From IMG/VR virus record IMGVR_UViG_3300022933_000007, positions 1-53,001 of that record: DNA of 53,001 nucleotides. One strand, 5' to 3'. This document shows, piece by piece, positions 19,540 through 27,688 of the stretch (its first letter is position 1; each line of letters begins with the position of its first letter). A program made the position numbers and the translations under genes. Origin of the DNA: a virus. Its lineage: Duplodnaviria; Caudoviricetes. The notes beneath the pieces are model-generated. The model did no database searches and was not told where the DNA came from. It saw only the letters and a program-made list of their open reading frames with translations.

Positions 19540-19636
19540 AAGAAATTATGGTATTAGTATAGAGGCAATACAAAGGATTAAGAAATTAGAATTATTAGAA
19601 CGGATTGCAGTAGCATTGGAGAAAAATAATGCTTAA
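19529..19636 (+). CDS. 35-aa helical peptide
   Basis: MTLRRNYGISIEAIQRIKKLELLERIAVALEKNNA; overlaps both neighbours. Confidence 0.5.
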   Translation: MTLRRNYGISIEAIQRIKKLELLERIAVALEKNNA

Positions 19637-19718
19637 TACAGATAAGATAAATAATGTAAAAGAACGTAGTTCAATAGAGGTTATAAATTTTTGGGAGAAT
19701 TTGCTTGCTAAACACTGA
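19629..19718 (+). CDS. NTDK-tag peptide 3 (29 aa)
   Basis: MLNTDKINNVKERSSIEVINFWENLLAKH. Confidence 0.6.
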   Translation: MLNTDKINNVKERSSIEVINFWENLLAKH

Positions 19719-19815
19719 TAAGATTAATGGTTATCCATATTATGAAGATACCCCTAAACGATATCCATTTATTTCAATAACACCTGAAACATTTAGGGAG
19801 TTTATTAATGCTTAA
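19705..19815 (+). CDS. NTDK-tag peptide 4 (36 aa, TTG start)
   Basis: MLNTDKINGYPYYEDTPKRYPFISITPETFREFINA; GGGAG about 8 nt upstream. Confidence 0.6.
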   Translation: MLNTDKINGYPYYEDTPKRYPFISITPETFREFINA

Positions 19816-20005
19816 TACAGATAAGATAAACAATATTAAAAAACAGTATGCAGAAACATACAAGTATAGTGACGGCATGTATGAGACAAAATATTATCAA
19901 GACTCTGAATATTTATGGGGGCTTGACACTGTAACAACAAGAGAACATCCTTTAGGATGGGAGATGGAAGATGGTCATATTGCGAGGTATGATGTTGTTC
20001 GATAG
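19808..20005 (+). CDS. NTDK-tag peptide 5 (65 aa, Tyr-rich)
   Basis: MLNTDKINNIKKQYAETYKY...; in ORF track. Confidence 0.7.
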   Translation: MLNTDKINNIKKQYAETYKYSDGMYETKYYQDSEYLWGLDTVTTREHPLGWEMEDGHIARYDVVR

Positions 20006-20546
20006 AAGCGAAGCCAACGTTCTAAGTGAACTGGATAAGAAAAAGTTCTACACAATCGTGGGGGTTTCAAAGTGCGGCACTACATCCACAGCGAAATACT
20101 TACAAAGTCTGGGGTATTCAATTGAGAAAGCCGATGGGTGGTTTGACAAGCCTAAATTTATAGAGTCATGGGCTAACAAGAATAACCAACAGCATATTGT
20201 TCCCTTGATTATATTAAGAGACCCAATTGAAAGGGCATGGAGTCACTTTCATTATATGTTCCAGAACAAGCCATATGATGAGACAGATGACAAAATTAAA
20301 GCGGAGCGTCTCGAGAAGGTGTCGAGGCTATCTTGCTATACCAGATGGTTAGGCGAGTGGCTAGATTTGGGGGCAGTTGTGCTCTGGTATGAGGACTTGA
20401 TAGAATTACCGAATTTCCCTCACGAGAACAAAACAAAAGTTAAACCTGAGTTGGATGAGGATACTAGTGCTATGATTAATAATTTTATTATGGATGAGTA
20501 TTATTCTTTTTTTACGGAGTTTTCCCCCACGACTAAGACTGAGTAA
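19971..20546 (+). CDS. PAPS-dependent sulfotransferase family protein
   Basis: IVGVSKCGTTS (5'-PSB loop) and LRDPIERAWS (3'-PB motif). Confidence 0.85.
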   Translation: MVILRGMMLFDRSEANVLSELDKKKFYTIVGVSKCGTTSTAKYLQSLGYSIEKADGWFDKPKFIESWANKNNQQHIVPLIILRDPIERAWSHFHYMFQNKPYDETDDKIKAERLEKVSRLSCYTRWLGEWLDLGAVVLWYEDLIELPNFPHENKTKVKPELDEDTSAMINNFIMDEYYSFFTEFSPTTKTE

Positions 20547-20577
20547 TACTTATATATCATTCCATTATATTAGATAT

Positions 20578-20720
20578 GTCCTTCAGGGATTACCTTGATT
20601 ATTTCGTGAGGAATAGTCGGTCGAGAGATTAATGAAAGGTAGCCCTCTTAGGATTAGGTCTCTTCGCAGACTAAGGTGAAAGTTTAGGACTGGTTTAGCC
20701 AGAGAACCCCCATCACCTTT
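20578..20720 (+). ncRNA. Candidate structured non-coding RNA of unknown class
   Basis: TATA (CTTATATA 20549-20556), nested helices with two GNRA tetraloops, closing AAGGTGA/TCACCTT stem followed by a T-rich tract. Confidence 0.55.
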
Positions 20721-20958
20721 GTTAATTCTTTTAGATATACTTATATTCTTCTTCCCCCGGACATTATATATGTCCTCTCGAGAAGATAAATCTGAGACTA
20801 GTCACCAAGGTGAAAAGTCTTTAGAAGTTTTAGAACAGGAAATGTTTTCATTGTTAAATGGAATGGATATGTTTGAAAGAACAATGGCTTTCAACAAATC
20901 TATGATGAAACTATGTCAACAATGGACTGCTAAAGCAAGAACTGTTAGGGAAAGATAG
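20719..20958 (+). CDS. Hypothetical protein (likely start ATG 20770)
   Basis: TATA-like CTTATATT near 20740 fits a leaderless start at MSSRED. Confidence 0.5.
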   Translation: MLILLDILIFFFPRTLYMSSREDKSETSHQGEKSLEVLEQEMFSLLNGMDMFERTMAFNKSMMKLCQQWTAKARTVRER

Positions 20959-20995
20959 GTAAACCCTTTTATACAATACCTACTATATTTTTTTT

Positions 20996-21151
20996 ATGCA
21001 ATTCAAATATTTTGAAGTGAATGGAGTTGAGCATGAGGCTGATATCAGTTCTTTTGGTGATATTATGACTCTTGTTAAAGCTCTCCCCGAAAATCAAGGC
21101 TTGATTGTTACAAAGAACAACGAGTTAATGGCTACAGATATTCCTGAATAG
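20996..21151 (+). CDS. 51-aa hypothetical protein
   Basis: Manual translation MQFKYFEVNGVEHEAD...; TTTTATA upstream and T-run downstream. Confidence 0.55.
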   Translation: MQFKYFEVNGVEHEADISSFGDIMTLVKALPENQGLIVTKNNELMATDIPE

Positions 21152-21324
21152 GATATTTGTATCTATACCTTTTTTTATTTATACCCCACGAAATAGAAAA
21201 TTTGTAGCCTCCCGAAACTCAAAAAACACCTTTTCTCCTATGTGACCTTGCCACTACGTGTTTGGAAACTGAACAATATGGATTTGCTTTTAGAAAATAA
21301 AAAAATAAAAAAGAAATTTAAAAT

Positions 21325-21549
21325 CTATTGATTAACAGATTCTAAAAGTTCTTGCCATTCGGTTTCTCTTGCGAGAAAGTCAGGATTGCTTTCCATCTCT
21401 CTTTCAAAAACAACTTTGAAGCCATAAGCCTCATTATAAGAGAGTTGAGATAATACTGCCTCAACTAAATCTCCTATTGTTTTGTTTTTTCCTATATGCA
21501 AGACAGTTTGTCCTTGTTCAAATGCTTCTGTTTTGAGTGTTGTTTGCAT
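21325..21549 (-). CDS. Monocistronic small hypothetical protein
   Basis: Own TATA box and T-rich terminator. Confidence 0.6.
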   Translation of the reverse strand: MQTTLKTEAFEQGQTVLHIGKNKTIGDLVEAVLSQLSYNEAYGFKVVFEREMESNPDFLARETEWQELLESVNQ

Positions 21550-21615
21550 ACCTTACCCTTGTTTAATGGGGTTAATATAGCTTTCTAATCTAATAAAAAA
21601 AGAAAAAAGAGGGTA

Positions 21616-21792
21616 TTAACCCATAATACTAAGGTCGTTTTCTTCTTCTTGAATACGACACTTGATTTGAAGTAGTGACAATTCGATTTCTTCAATTTTT
21701 AATTCGAGACAATCGTTTGTTCTACATTCGTTTAGGATTGAAGCGTTTGCCATAACGTCCTCAATAGCCCGTTGTTTTGTGACAGTTGTCAT
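21616..21792 (-). CDS. Monocistronic 58-aa hypothetical protein
   Basis: Manual translation MTTVTKQRAIEDVMANA...; own TATA and TTTTTTCTTTTTTT terminator. Confidence 0.6.
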   Translation of the reverse strand: MTTVTKQRAIEDVMANASILNECRTNDCLELKIEEIELSLLQIKCRIQEEENDLSIMG

Positions 21793-21859
21793 GTTAGATT
21801 ATAGAATAAAGCCATTAATAAAACTTTAGTTTTTAAAAAAAAGAAAAAAAGGGAATAGA

Positions 21860-22009
21860 TTATTTAATTAATCTATATCCACCACATGACCCACAAGAAT
21901 CTTCGAGATTAGTATCTCTTAGAAACCCTGAATCGACGGCGATTTCCATATCAACGGTGTATGGTTTACCGTTCCATGTTTCGCAGTTACAAATCACTTT
22001 TGTTTGCAT
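21860..22009 (-). CDS. Monocistronic Zn-ribbon mini-protein
   Basis: MQTKVICNC...CGSCGG; TTATAAA about 25 nt upstream of ATG 22009. Confidence 0.55.
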   Translation of the reverse strand: MQTKVICNCETWNGKPYTVDMEIAVDSGFLRDTNLEDSCGSCGGYRLIK

Positions 22010-22212
22010 ACTGAGGGTAGAAAACCTAGCTTTATAACAGTTTAGTTTTTTTACAAAAATCAAGAAAAATACTAAGTCGTATCAAGCTTTATATGTGAAC
22101 AATTCCAAGGGTATGGTTAGACAAAAAGTGGGGGTTTAAATACTAAATTAAAAAAAACAGAATTTGTCTAAGTCCTCCAATTTTGAGATAGTATTATAAA
22201 GAAGTATCAATA

Positions 22213-22713
22213 ATGGTCAATATGTCAAAAATCCAAAACATGATTGATACCTTTCAAGCAATCAATGAAGTAAGAAAGGTAAAACATGACGCAAGAATCC
22301 AAGACAAACAAACCAAATTAAAAAACAAAGTTTTAAACAAACTTTCAAATGATTTGGCAAAACTAGAGAATAAAAAATATTCTCAAATCCAAGAAGAAGA
22401 AATTACAGAAACTTTTGAAACTGTAAAACCAGCTGAACAAACCACAGATGATTTAAAATCTAAAATGCAAAAATTAGATAATAGAATCATAGCAACACCA
22501 AACAACCGAAACTCAAACCTTCACTTAGACAAAGGAAGAATTGATGAAGTAATAGAGGTGTTGTCAAAAACTCCAACCAAAGATTTAGTCGTTTCCACAA
22601 AAGCAGGAAAAACCCGAGTTTTCTTGAATAACCCAAACCCATTAAAAATATCAAGGGTTAGAAAATTCTTGAAAAATCACGGAAATTATGAATTTGAGGT
22701 GAAAAACCTTTAA
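22213..22713 (+). CDS. Lys/Asn-rich hypothetical (putative immediate-early) protein
   Basis: 166 aa; promoter TTATAAAGAAGTA shared with 23347 gene; T-rich terminator. Confidence 0.6.
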   Translation: MVNMSKIQNMIDTFQAINEVRKVKHDARIQDKQTKLKNKVLNKLSNDLAKLENKKYSQIQEEEITETFETVKPAEQTTDDLKSKMQKLDNRIIATPNNRNSNLHLDKGRIDEVIEVLSKTPTKDLVVSTKAGKTRVFLNNPNPLKISRVRKFLKNHGNYEFEVKNL

Positions 22714-22896
22714 TTCTCTTTTTTCTATTTTTGATGAAATCGAAAACCAAATAATGACAGGAATTGAAAAGGAGTTAGAGGAACTTGAGAAAATCACATC
22801 TTGAGAACTTGAGAGAATGGGAAAAAATCATTCTCTTAATGTCTCAGAATAGTATTTTCACAAAAGATGAAATTGTGAAAGTATGAGCTTTTTTCA

Positions 22897-23243
22897 GTAC
22901 CGTAAAGTACCGTACTTTTGGCAAAAGTACCGTACCGGTACCGTAAAAAAAAGTACAAAAAAGTAAAAAAAAGTACGAAAAGGTACAAAGTATGATACTA
23001 AGTAAGTAATAAGTTATGAAAAAAAGTGGGTATAAAAAATAATAGTATAATAAGTAATAAGTAAATAAGTAATAAGTATAAGTAAAAGGTATTGTATATA
23101 TATAATAAGTATATATAATATATATAATAAGTATATTACCTAACCTAATCCAATCTAAGTATATTGTACGGTATGCTATATGTGATATATCTAAGTGTAC
23201 GGTATGTGATAGTATGAGGATATGATGTTAAGTATGTACGGTA
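22897..23243. repeat. Iteron-like repeats flanking an A/T-rich core; candidate replication origin or genome-end element
   Basis: GTACCGTA at 22897, 22907, 22927, 22938; oppositely oriented GTACGGTA at 23166, 23197, 23236; TAAGTA repeats and AT tracts between. Confidence 0.6.
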
Positions 23244-23346
23244 GGTATGATAGTATGATGTTCTTACTCCCGAGTGCTAGGCGTGGACAAATAATGGGGT
23301 GTAAAGGGTGAAAAGGGTTATAAAGAAGTACGACTAATAATCCATA

Positions 23347-23670
23347 ATGACAAAGAAAACATCAACCAAAACTTTGACCGTTACTGAGGAAGAACTATCA
23401 GCAATAGTCAATAAATTGGTTAAAAAACAGACCAAAATTGAGCAAAAAGTACAAGGCAAATTAGAAGCCATTGAAAATCAATGGGTAACTTTGAAAACTG
23501 CCGGAAGTATCCAAGCTTCAATCATGCCTAAAAATAAAGACTACCCTACACCAAGCGTCTTTATGAAAGGTGGATTCAAATCTCAAACCGGAATGACCTT
23601 CCCACTTACACAAACAGGGCTAGATTCAATTCGTGGAACAATAGATTTAATCGAAAAACAGTGCTTCTAA
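23347..23670 (+). CDS. Hypothetical (putative immediate-early) protein
   Basis: 107 aa; BRE-TATA AAAAGGGTTATAAA; T-rich terminator. Confidence 0.65.
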   Translation: MTKKTSTKTLTVTEEELSAIVNKLVKKQTKIEQKVQGKLEAIENQWVTLKTAGSIQASIMPKNKDYPTPSVFMKGGFKSQTGMTFPLTQTGLDSIRGTIDLIEKQCF

Positions 23671-24208
23671 GCACTTTTTCTTTTTATTTTATACTTAGCA
23701 AGGGCGAAGCCCTACTTAACTCGTACACTTAGTAAGTAGCTTATATATACTATCTAAGTATAAGTATAATTTGTACACTTAGTAGTAAGTCTTAAGTAGG
23801 TCATACTAGGTATCGATTCGTGCCTAGATAGTGATTTGTATATATAGAAATAATATAAATAGAGATTATAGAGTATATGGCAATATAAAATGGATATAAA
23901 TTCAATAATATAGTATAAATTTATGTGTAATAGTATAAACTAATCATAACAAATGATAGTAATATATTCATATAAACTCTATATATCTAGGTATAATTAT
24001 AGTATAGTATAGTATGTTGTATTATGGTAGTATGTTTGTTTTTATATTTACCCCCGAATGTTATACCTAAATCTATTATAAATGAATTAAATATATTATA
24101 TGTATATAGTATGTTGTATTGTATTAGTATATCTATTATAGTATATGTTTCTTTTAATATCTTTCCCCCCGATTCCCCGTAGTTTTTGATGGCAAAGGTT
24201 TAAATCAA

Positions 24209-24751
24209 ATGAAAAAGCATTGCAAAGCAATGAAAATCAAACACTCTAGTAGAGTGAATAGATTATCAGATAATTTATCTTCTTTTAATGATAGATTATC
24301 ATATGATAATTTAGATACCCAAAGGCAAGTATCTAATAATAAAATCCCTTATAAATATAAGAGGATTGAACGTAAGCTATCTAACAATGGTTGGACAGCA
24401 CACATGATGAAACAATATAAAGCTATTGTTAATCATCAATTAACCAGCGTGGATAAAGTACAAAGGTATGGTATTCCAAAAGGTTTAACTTATGTTGTAG
24501 AAACATACAATATAATTAAATCATACATGAATAAATATCCTAACACTAAGGAAGCAAAGAACGCAAGAAGAATAGAACAAGAGGTTGAACACACAACTAA
24601 CAGATTCATATCTAAAGTAGAGAGATATGGATTACGTGTGAAATCTGATGAATATTCTCACGTGGCACATGACAAGGTTAATCATACCAAATCAGATGTG
24701 CCTAGATACAATGGAGAACGAGTGCATATTAAACTCGAGGAGGTGTTATAG
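24209..24751 (+). CDS. Basic hypothetical protein (likely start ATG 24230)
   Basis: 180 aa; TTTAAA near 24200 fits a leaderless start at MKIKH. Confidence 0.6.
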   Translation: MKKHCKAMKIKHSSRVNRLSDNLSSFNDRLSYDNLDTQRQVSNNKIPYKYKRIERKLSNNGWTAHMMKQYKAIVNHQLTSVDKVQRYGIPKGLTYVVETYNIIKSYMNKYPNTKEAKNARRIEQEVEHTTNRFISKVERYGLRVKSDEYSHVAHDKVNHTKSDVPRYNGERVHIKLEEVL

Positions 24752-24753
24752 AA

Positions 24754-25029
24754 ATGGGTTACGAATTAGATATGGAAGATTATATAAACAAATCTTCTAA
24801 TGGGTATGAGGAACGCCTCGTACTAGAGTGGAAAGTATCTAATATATTAGATAGAGCAGAAGTAATAGCTAGGGAAGCACGTATTAAATTAGGGCAAGAA
24901 CATAGATGTTATGGTTTTGATATAACATGTGATTGTGAAATGCCTGAGTTTCAATCCGAGTTACACCCAGCACATAACTTCAATAAATATCTAATGGAAC
25001 AACGTATTAGATATGGAGGTAGTCAATGA
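24754..25029 (+). CDS. Hypothetical protein
   Basis: GGAGG upstream; operon context. Confidence 0.55.
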   Translation: MGYELDMEDYINKSSNGYEERLVLEWKVSNILDRAEVIAREARIKLGQEHRCYGFDITCDCEMPEFQSELHPAHNFNKYLMEQRIRYGGSQ

Positions 25030-25208
25030 TGGAGTATGGATTGATTAGTTATACTACATTACTAAGTAGATTCAGGTCATTGGAACTATTATATCTCCAA
25101 AGCAATATGGATTGCGACCACTCATACGAAGATGTATTAGATGAGATGGAAGCAGAAATATGTGAAAGAGATGCCCTTGCCTCATCAATAGTGGGGGATT
25201 ATATATAA
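25026..25208 (+). CDS. Hypothetical protein
   Basis: GGAGGT upstream; ATGA coupling. Confidence 0.5.
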   Translation: MMEYGLISYTTLLSRFRSLELLYLQSNMDCDHSYEDVLDEMEAEICERDALASSIVGDYI

Positions 25209-25502
25209 TGGATATATATAATACATCATTGATGGAAGATATATCTAAAGTATATATTCATTGCAAAGATTGTGGGTGTGTTAAAGCGTTAGGTAATGCT
25301 GACCAATGTTATCCCTGCTTTGAACGTAGTGAGAATGGAGTTACAAGATGAATAAGGTAAAAGAATACTGCAATATGTGTGGGTATGAAACCTATCGTAA
25401 TGAGGGAGAGAACTGTCCTTATCATCAGGAAGTATTAACTGATAGTGAGGGTATATCATACCTAAAGTATGATGAGTTCGACCAAGATGGAGAGGCATAC
25501 TA

Positions 25503-25952
25503 ATGAACGTGCCTAAATGTCTTAGTAATATTAGTCCTCGTTGGGCTAAGGTGTTAGATGAATACAGTATCAATGATATTATGTCAAATGTGTTCACTAA
25601 AGATGACATTATAGATAATGATGATGATAATGCCTTGTATGAACTTGAGGTATCAGCAGGAGAGAAAGCATTAAGCATACAGAGTTTTAACTGTTGTATT
25701 GTAGGCGAGGCTTACAATTTTAGTAGAACTGAGGCAAGTGATTACGAGTATGGTTGCCACACATGTTATAGATTCAGTATGGATTTCTGTGATAAGTTGG
25801 AAGTAACAAGAGATGAGTACGAAGAAACATCAGATGAAGCAGAATATAATGTTGCGTTACTAGACTACGAGAATTTGATTGAGAAATTCTGTGAACATAT
25901 AGGTAGTGAACACCCTGAACTTATTAAGAATGAGGTAGAGTGTGATGGATAG
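25503..25952 (+). CDS. Acidic Cys/His-containing hypothetical protein
   Basis: CCIVGEA, CHTC, C..H...H. Confidence 0.6.
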   Translation: MNVPKCLSNISPRWAKVLDEYSINDIMSNVFTKDDIIDNDDDNALYELEVSAGEKALSIQSFNCCIVGEAYNFSRTEASDYEYGCHTCYRFSMDFCDKLEVTRDEYEETSDEAEYNVALLDYENLIEKFCEHIGSEHPELIKNEVECDG

Positions 25953-26075
25953 ACATGATAAACACCTCACTCATTATTGGGTTGGTCATAAAGATGGTTA
26001 CTTATTCTGTGCTTGTGGGATTGCTAAAGTGTATGGTGTTATGCTTCCCCTCGATATATTAAGGGAGGTAATGAT

Positions 26076-26303
26076 ATGAGTGTGCCTGATAAAGAGAGAG
26101 ATATTGTGTTAGATATGTATCACGATACAGAAGTAAGAGATAGCAACAGGGATTTGTATAATGCGTTGGTAGATTCATTTGATGTCAAGGATTATACTGC
26201 ACAAGAAATCATTGATACATTGAAACTCATGCTTATTACTACGTGTAGAATGAGCATGGAAATATTGAGAGAAAGACCTGTTGATATGGAGGATTTGAAA
26301 TGA
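26076..26303 (+). CDS. Hypothetical protein
   Basis: GGAGGT upstream. Confidence 0.55.
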   Translation: MSVPDKERDIVLDMYHDTEVRDSNRDLYNALVDSFDVKDYTAQEIIDTLKLMLITTCRMSMEILRERPVDMEDLK

Positions 26304-26415
26304 GTATAACAGGTTTCACAAAAAGGACATGTGCATTTGGTATCTTAGCCCTCGCTGTTACTATAATATATACTCAATGGTGTAGAACAGCAGGAACATT
26401 CGGAGGTATATTATA

Positions 26416-26658
26416 ATGAGAGTAAGTAGAGAATACTTAGATACTATATGTGAGGACAACTGTGGCGACAGCGACCATGCTTGGTGGATAAGTAGTCAGA
26501 TAGAAAACGCATTAGATACATTCATCAACTATCTTAATGATGAACGTCATGATTTCATGGGTAGGATAGAAGTATGTCCTACTCTTAGCCATGAGTTTTG
26601 TGATTGTATGATTATCAATGAGAAAGTTGATGGCATACCATGTGAGGAACACGCCTGA
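26416..26658 (+). CDS. Hypothetical Cys-rich protein
   Basis: GGAGGT upstream. Confidence 0.5.
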   Translation: MRVSREYLDTICEDNCGDSDHAWWISSQIENALDTFINYLNDERHDFMGRIEVCPTLSHEFCDCMIINEKVDGIPCEEHA

Positions 26659-27086
26659 TGTCGCATGACATATACTTACAGGACAATAAGAATTATTGTG
26701 ATACCTGTAAGCGTGTCGATACTGTTGAGTTAGCAGAATACAACGTGAGTTATAATCATTGTTGGATATGGTATCAGGATTTCGATACTAAGTATGGCTT
26801 TAAGGCTATGTATGATGTTCCTTTGTTTGAGTTAGTGCCACGCCTAGAAAAGTTAAAGGCTAAGATGATACTACTTAATGGTGGTGTGCCTATACATGAG
26901 ATGAATCCTGATGGTAGTATTAAGTGGAGTAATAAACTTATACGAACTATTGATGACATAAGAACAGCAAGAGATGATGGTTGGGCAAATACTATGTTCA
27001 ATGCGTATAGATGTGTTGAGCATATACTTAGGACATCTAAGTATTACTTACAAGAACACCCTCATGCTACATGGTATGGGGATTAA
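26658..27086 (+). CDS. Hypothetical protein
   Basis: 142 aa; coupled to upstream ORF. Confidence 0.55.
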   Translation: MSHDIYLQDNKNYCDTCKRVDTVELAEYNVSYNHCWIWYQDFDTKYGFKAMYDVPLFELVPRLEKLKAKMILLNGGVPIHEMNPDGSIKWSNKLIRTIDDIRTARDDGWANTMFNAYRCVEHILRTSKYYLQEHPHATWYGD

Positions 27087-27378
27087 TCATGGGTAAGTTA
27101 TATTCTGACATGCCAGATATACGTGATGGTTTAGATGTTAAGGTATGTATGAATGAGGTATAATCTATATATATAATATATATAGTAATATGGGTTTGTA
27201 TATGTATAAGTATAGTAGTATGTATGGTAGTATTTTTACTCTTTCCCCCGATTCCTACGGGGATTTGTCGGAAAGGGTTTTTAAAGCAGAACAGCAAATG
27301 TTAGAAAGGGATTTAGTCCTAGTTTTCTTTTGATTAGATTCCCTAACAAATAAATAGAACAAGGAGGTAAGATATATT

Positions 27379-27642
27379 ATGAAATGTGATACAAGATTAT
27401 TAGAGGCACTTGATGTGTCTAGTATAGAGAATGTGGAAACCGTAAAATTGTCTAGCAAATTAACAGCTAGTGATTCCATGAGGGCAAGTAACTTTGCAGT
27501 TTTATTAGTGAATGTTCCTACACCTGAAGGTAATACACAATTCTTTAGAGCAACCAAAAACTCACAAGTTCCTTTGAATACTGAGATAATCAGAAATTCC
27601 GAAGGTCAATTAGTGGGTATTCCAGCAGTTAGTGGTGGATAA
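27379..27642 (+). CDS. Ubiquitin-like beta-grasp protein (MoaD/ThiS/SAMP/Urm1-type)
   Basis: 87 aa ending GQLVGIPAVSGG-stop, resembling the MoaD/SAMP tail; internal AVLLVN; strong AAGGAGGT upstream. Confidence 0.62.
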   Translation: MKCDTRLLEALDVSSIENVETVKLSSKLTASDSMRASNFAVLLVNVPTPEGNTQFFRATKNSQVPLNTEIIRNSEGQLVGIPAVSGG

Positions 27643-27661
27643 TTTTTATTAATTCCACAAC

Positions 27662-27673
27662 TTTTTTCTTTTT
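27662..27673 (+). terminator. Archaeal-type T-rich terminator
   Basis: TTTTTTCTTTTT after the ubiquitin-like gene; similar tracts near 8316, 21595 and 21835 on the minus strand. Confidence 0.5.
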
Positions 27674-27688
27674 ATAGGTGTAAGTAGT

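Noticed and set aside
18727-19835. ATGCTTAAYACAGATAA repeats as a CRISPR or mini-CRISPR array
   Set aside because: Spacing is irregular (76-595 bp), variation falls at synonymous codon positions and the intervening sequences are coupled ORFs
20578-20720. tRNA or hammerhead ribozyme identity for the structured RNA
   Set aside because: No cloverleaf or T-loop consensus and no CUGANGA core; no tRNA gene recognised anywhere in the window
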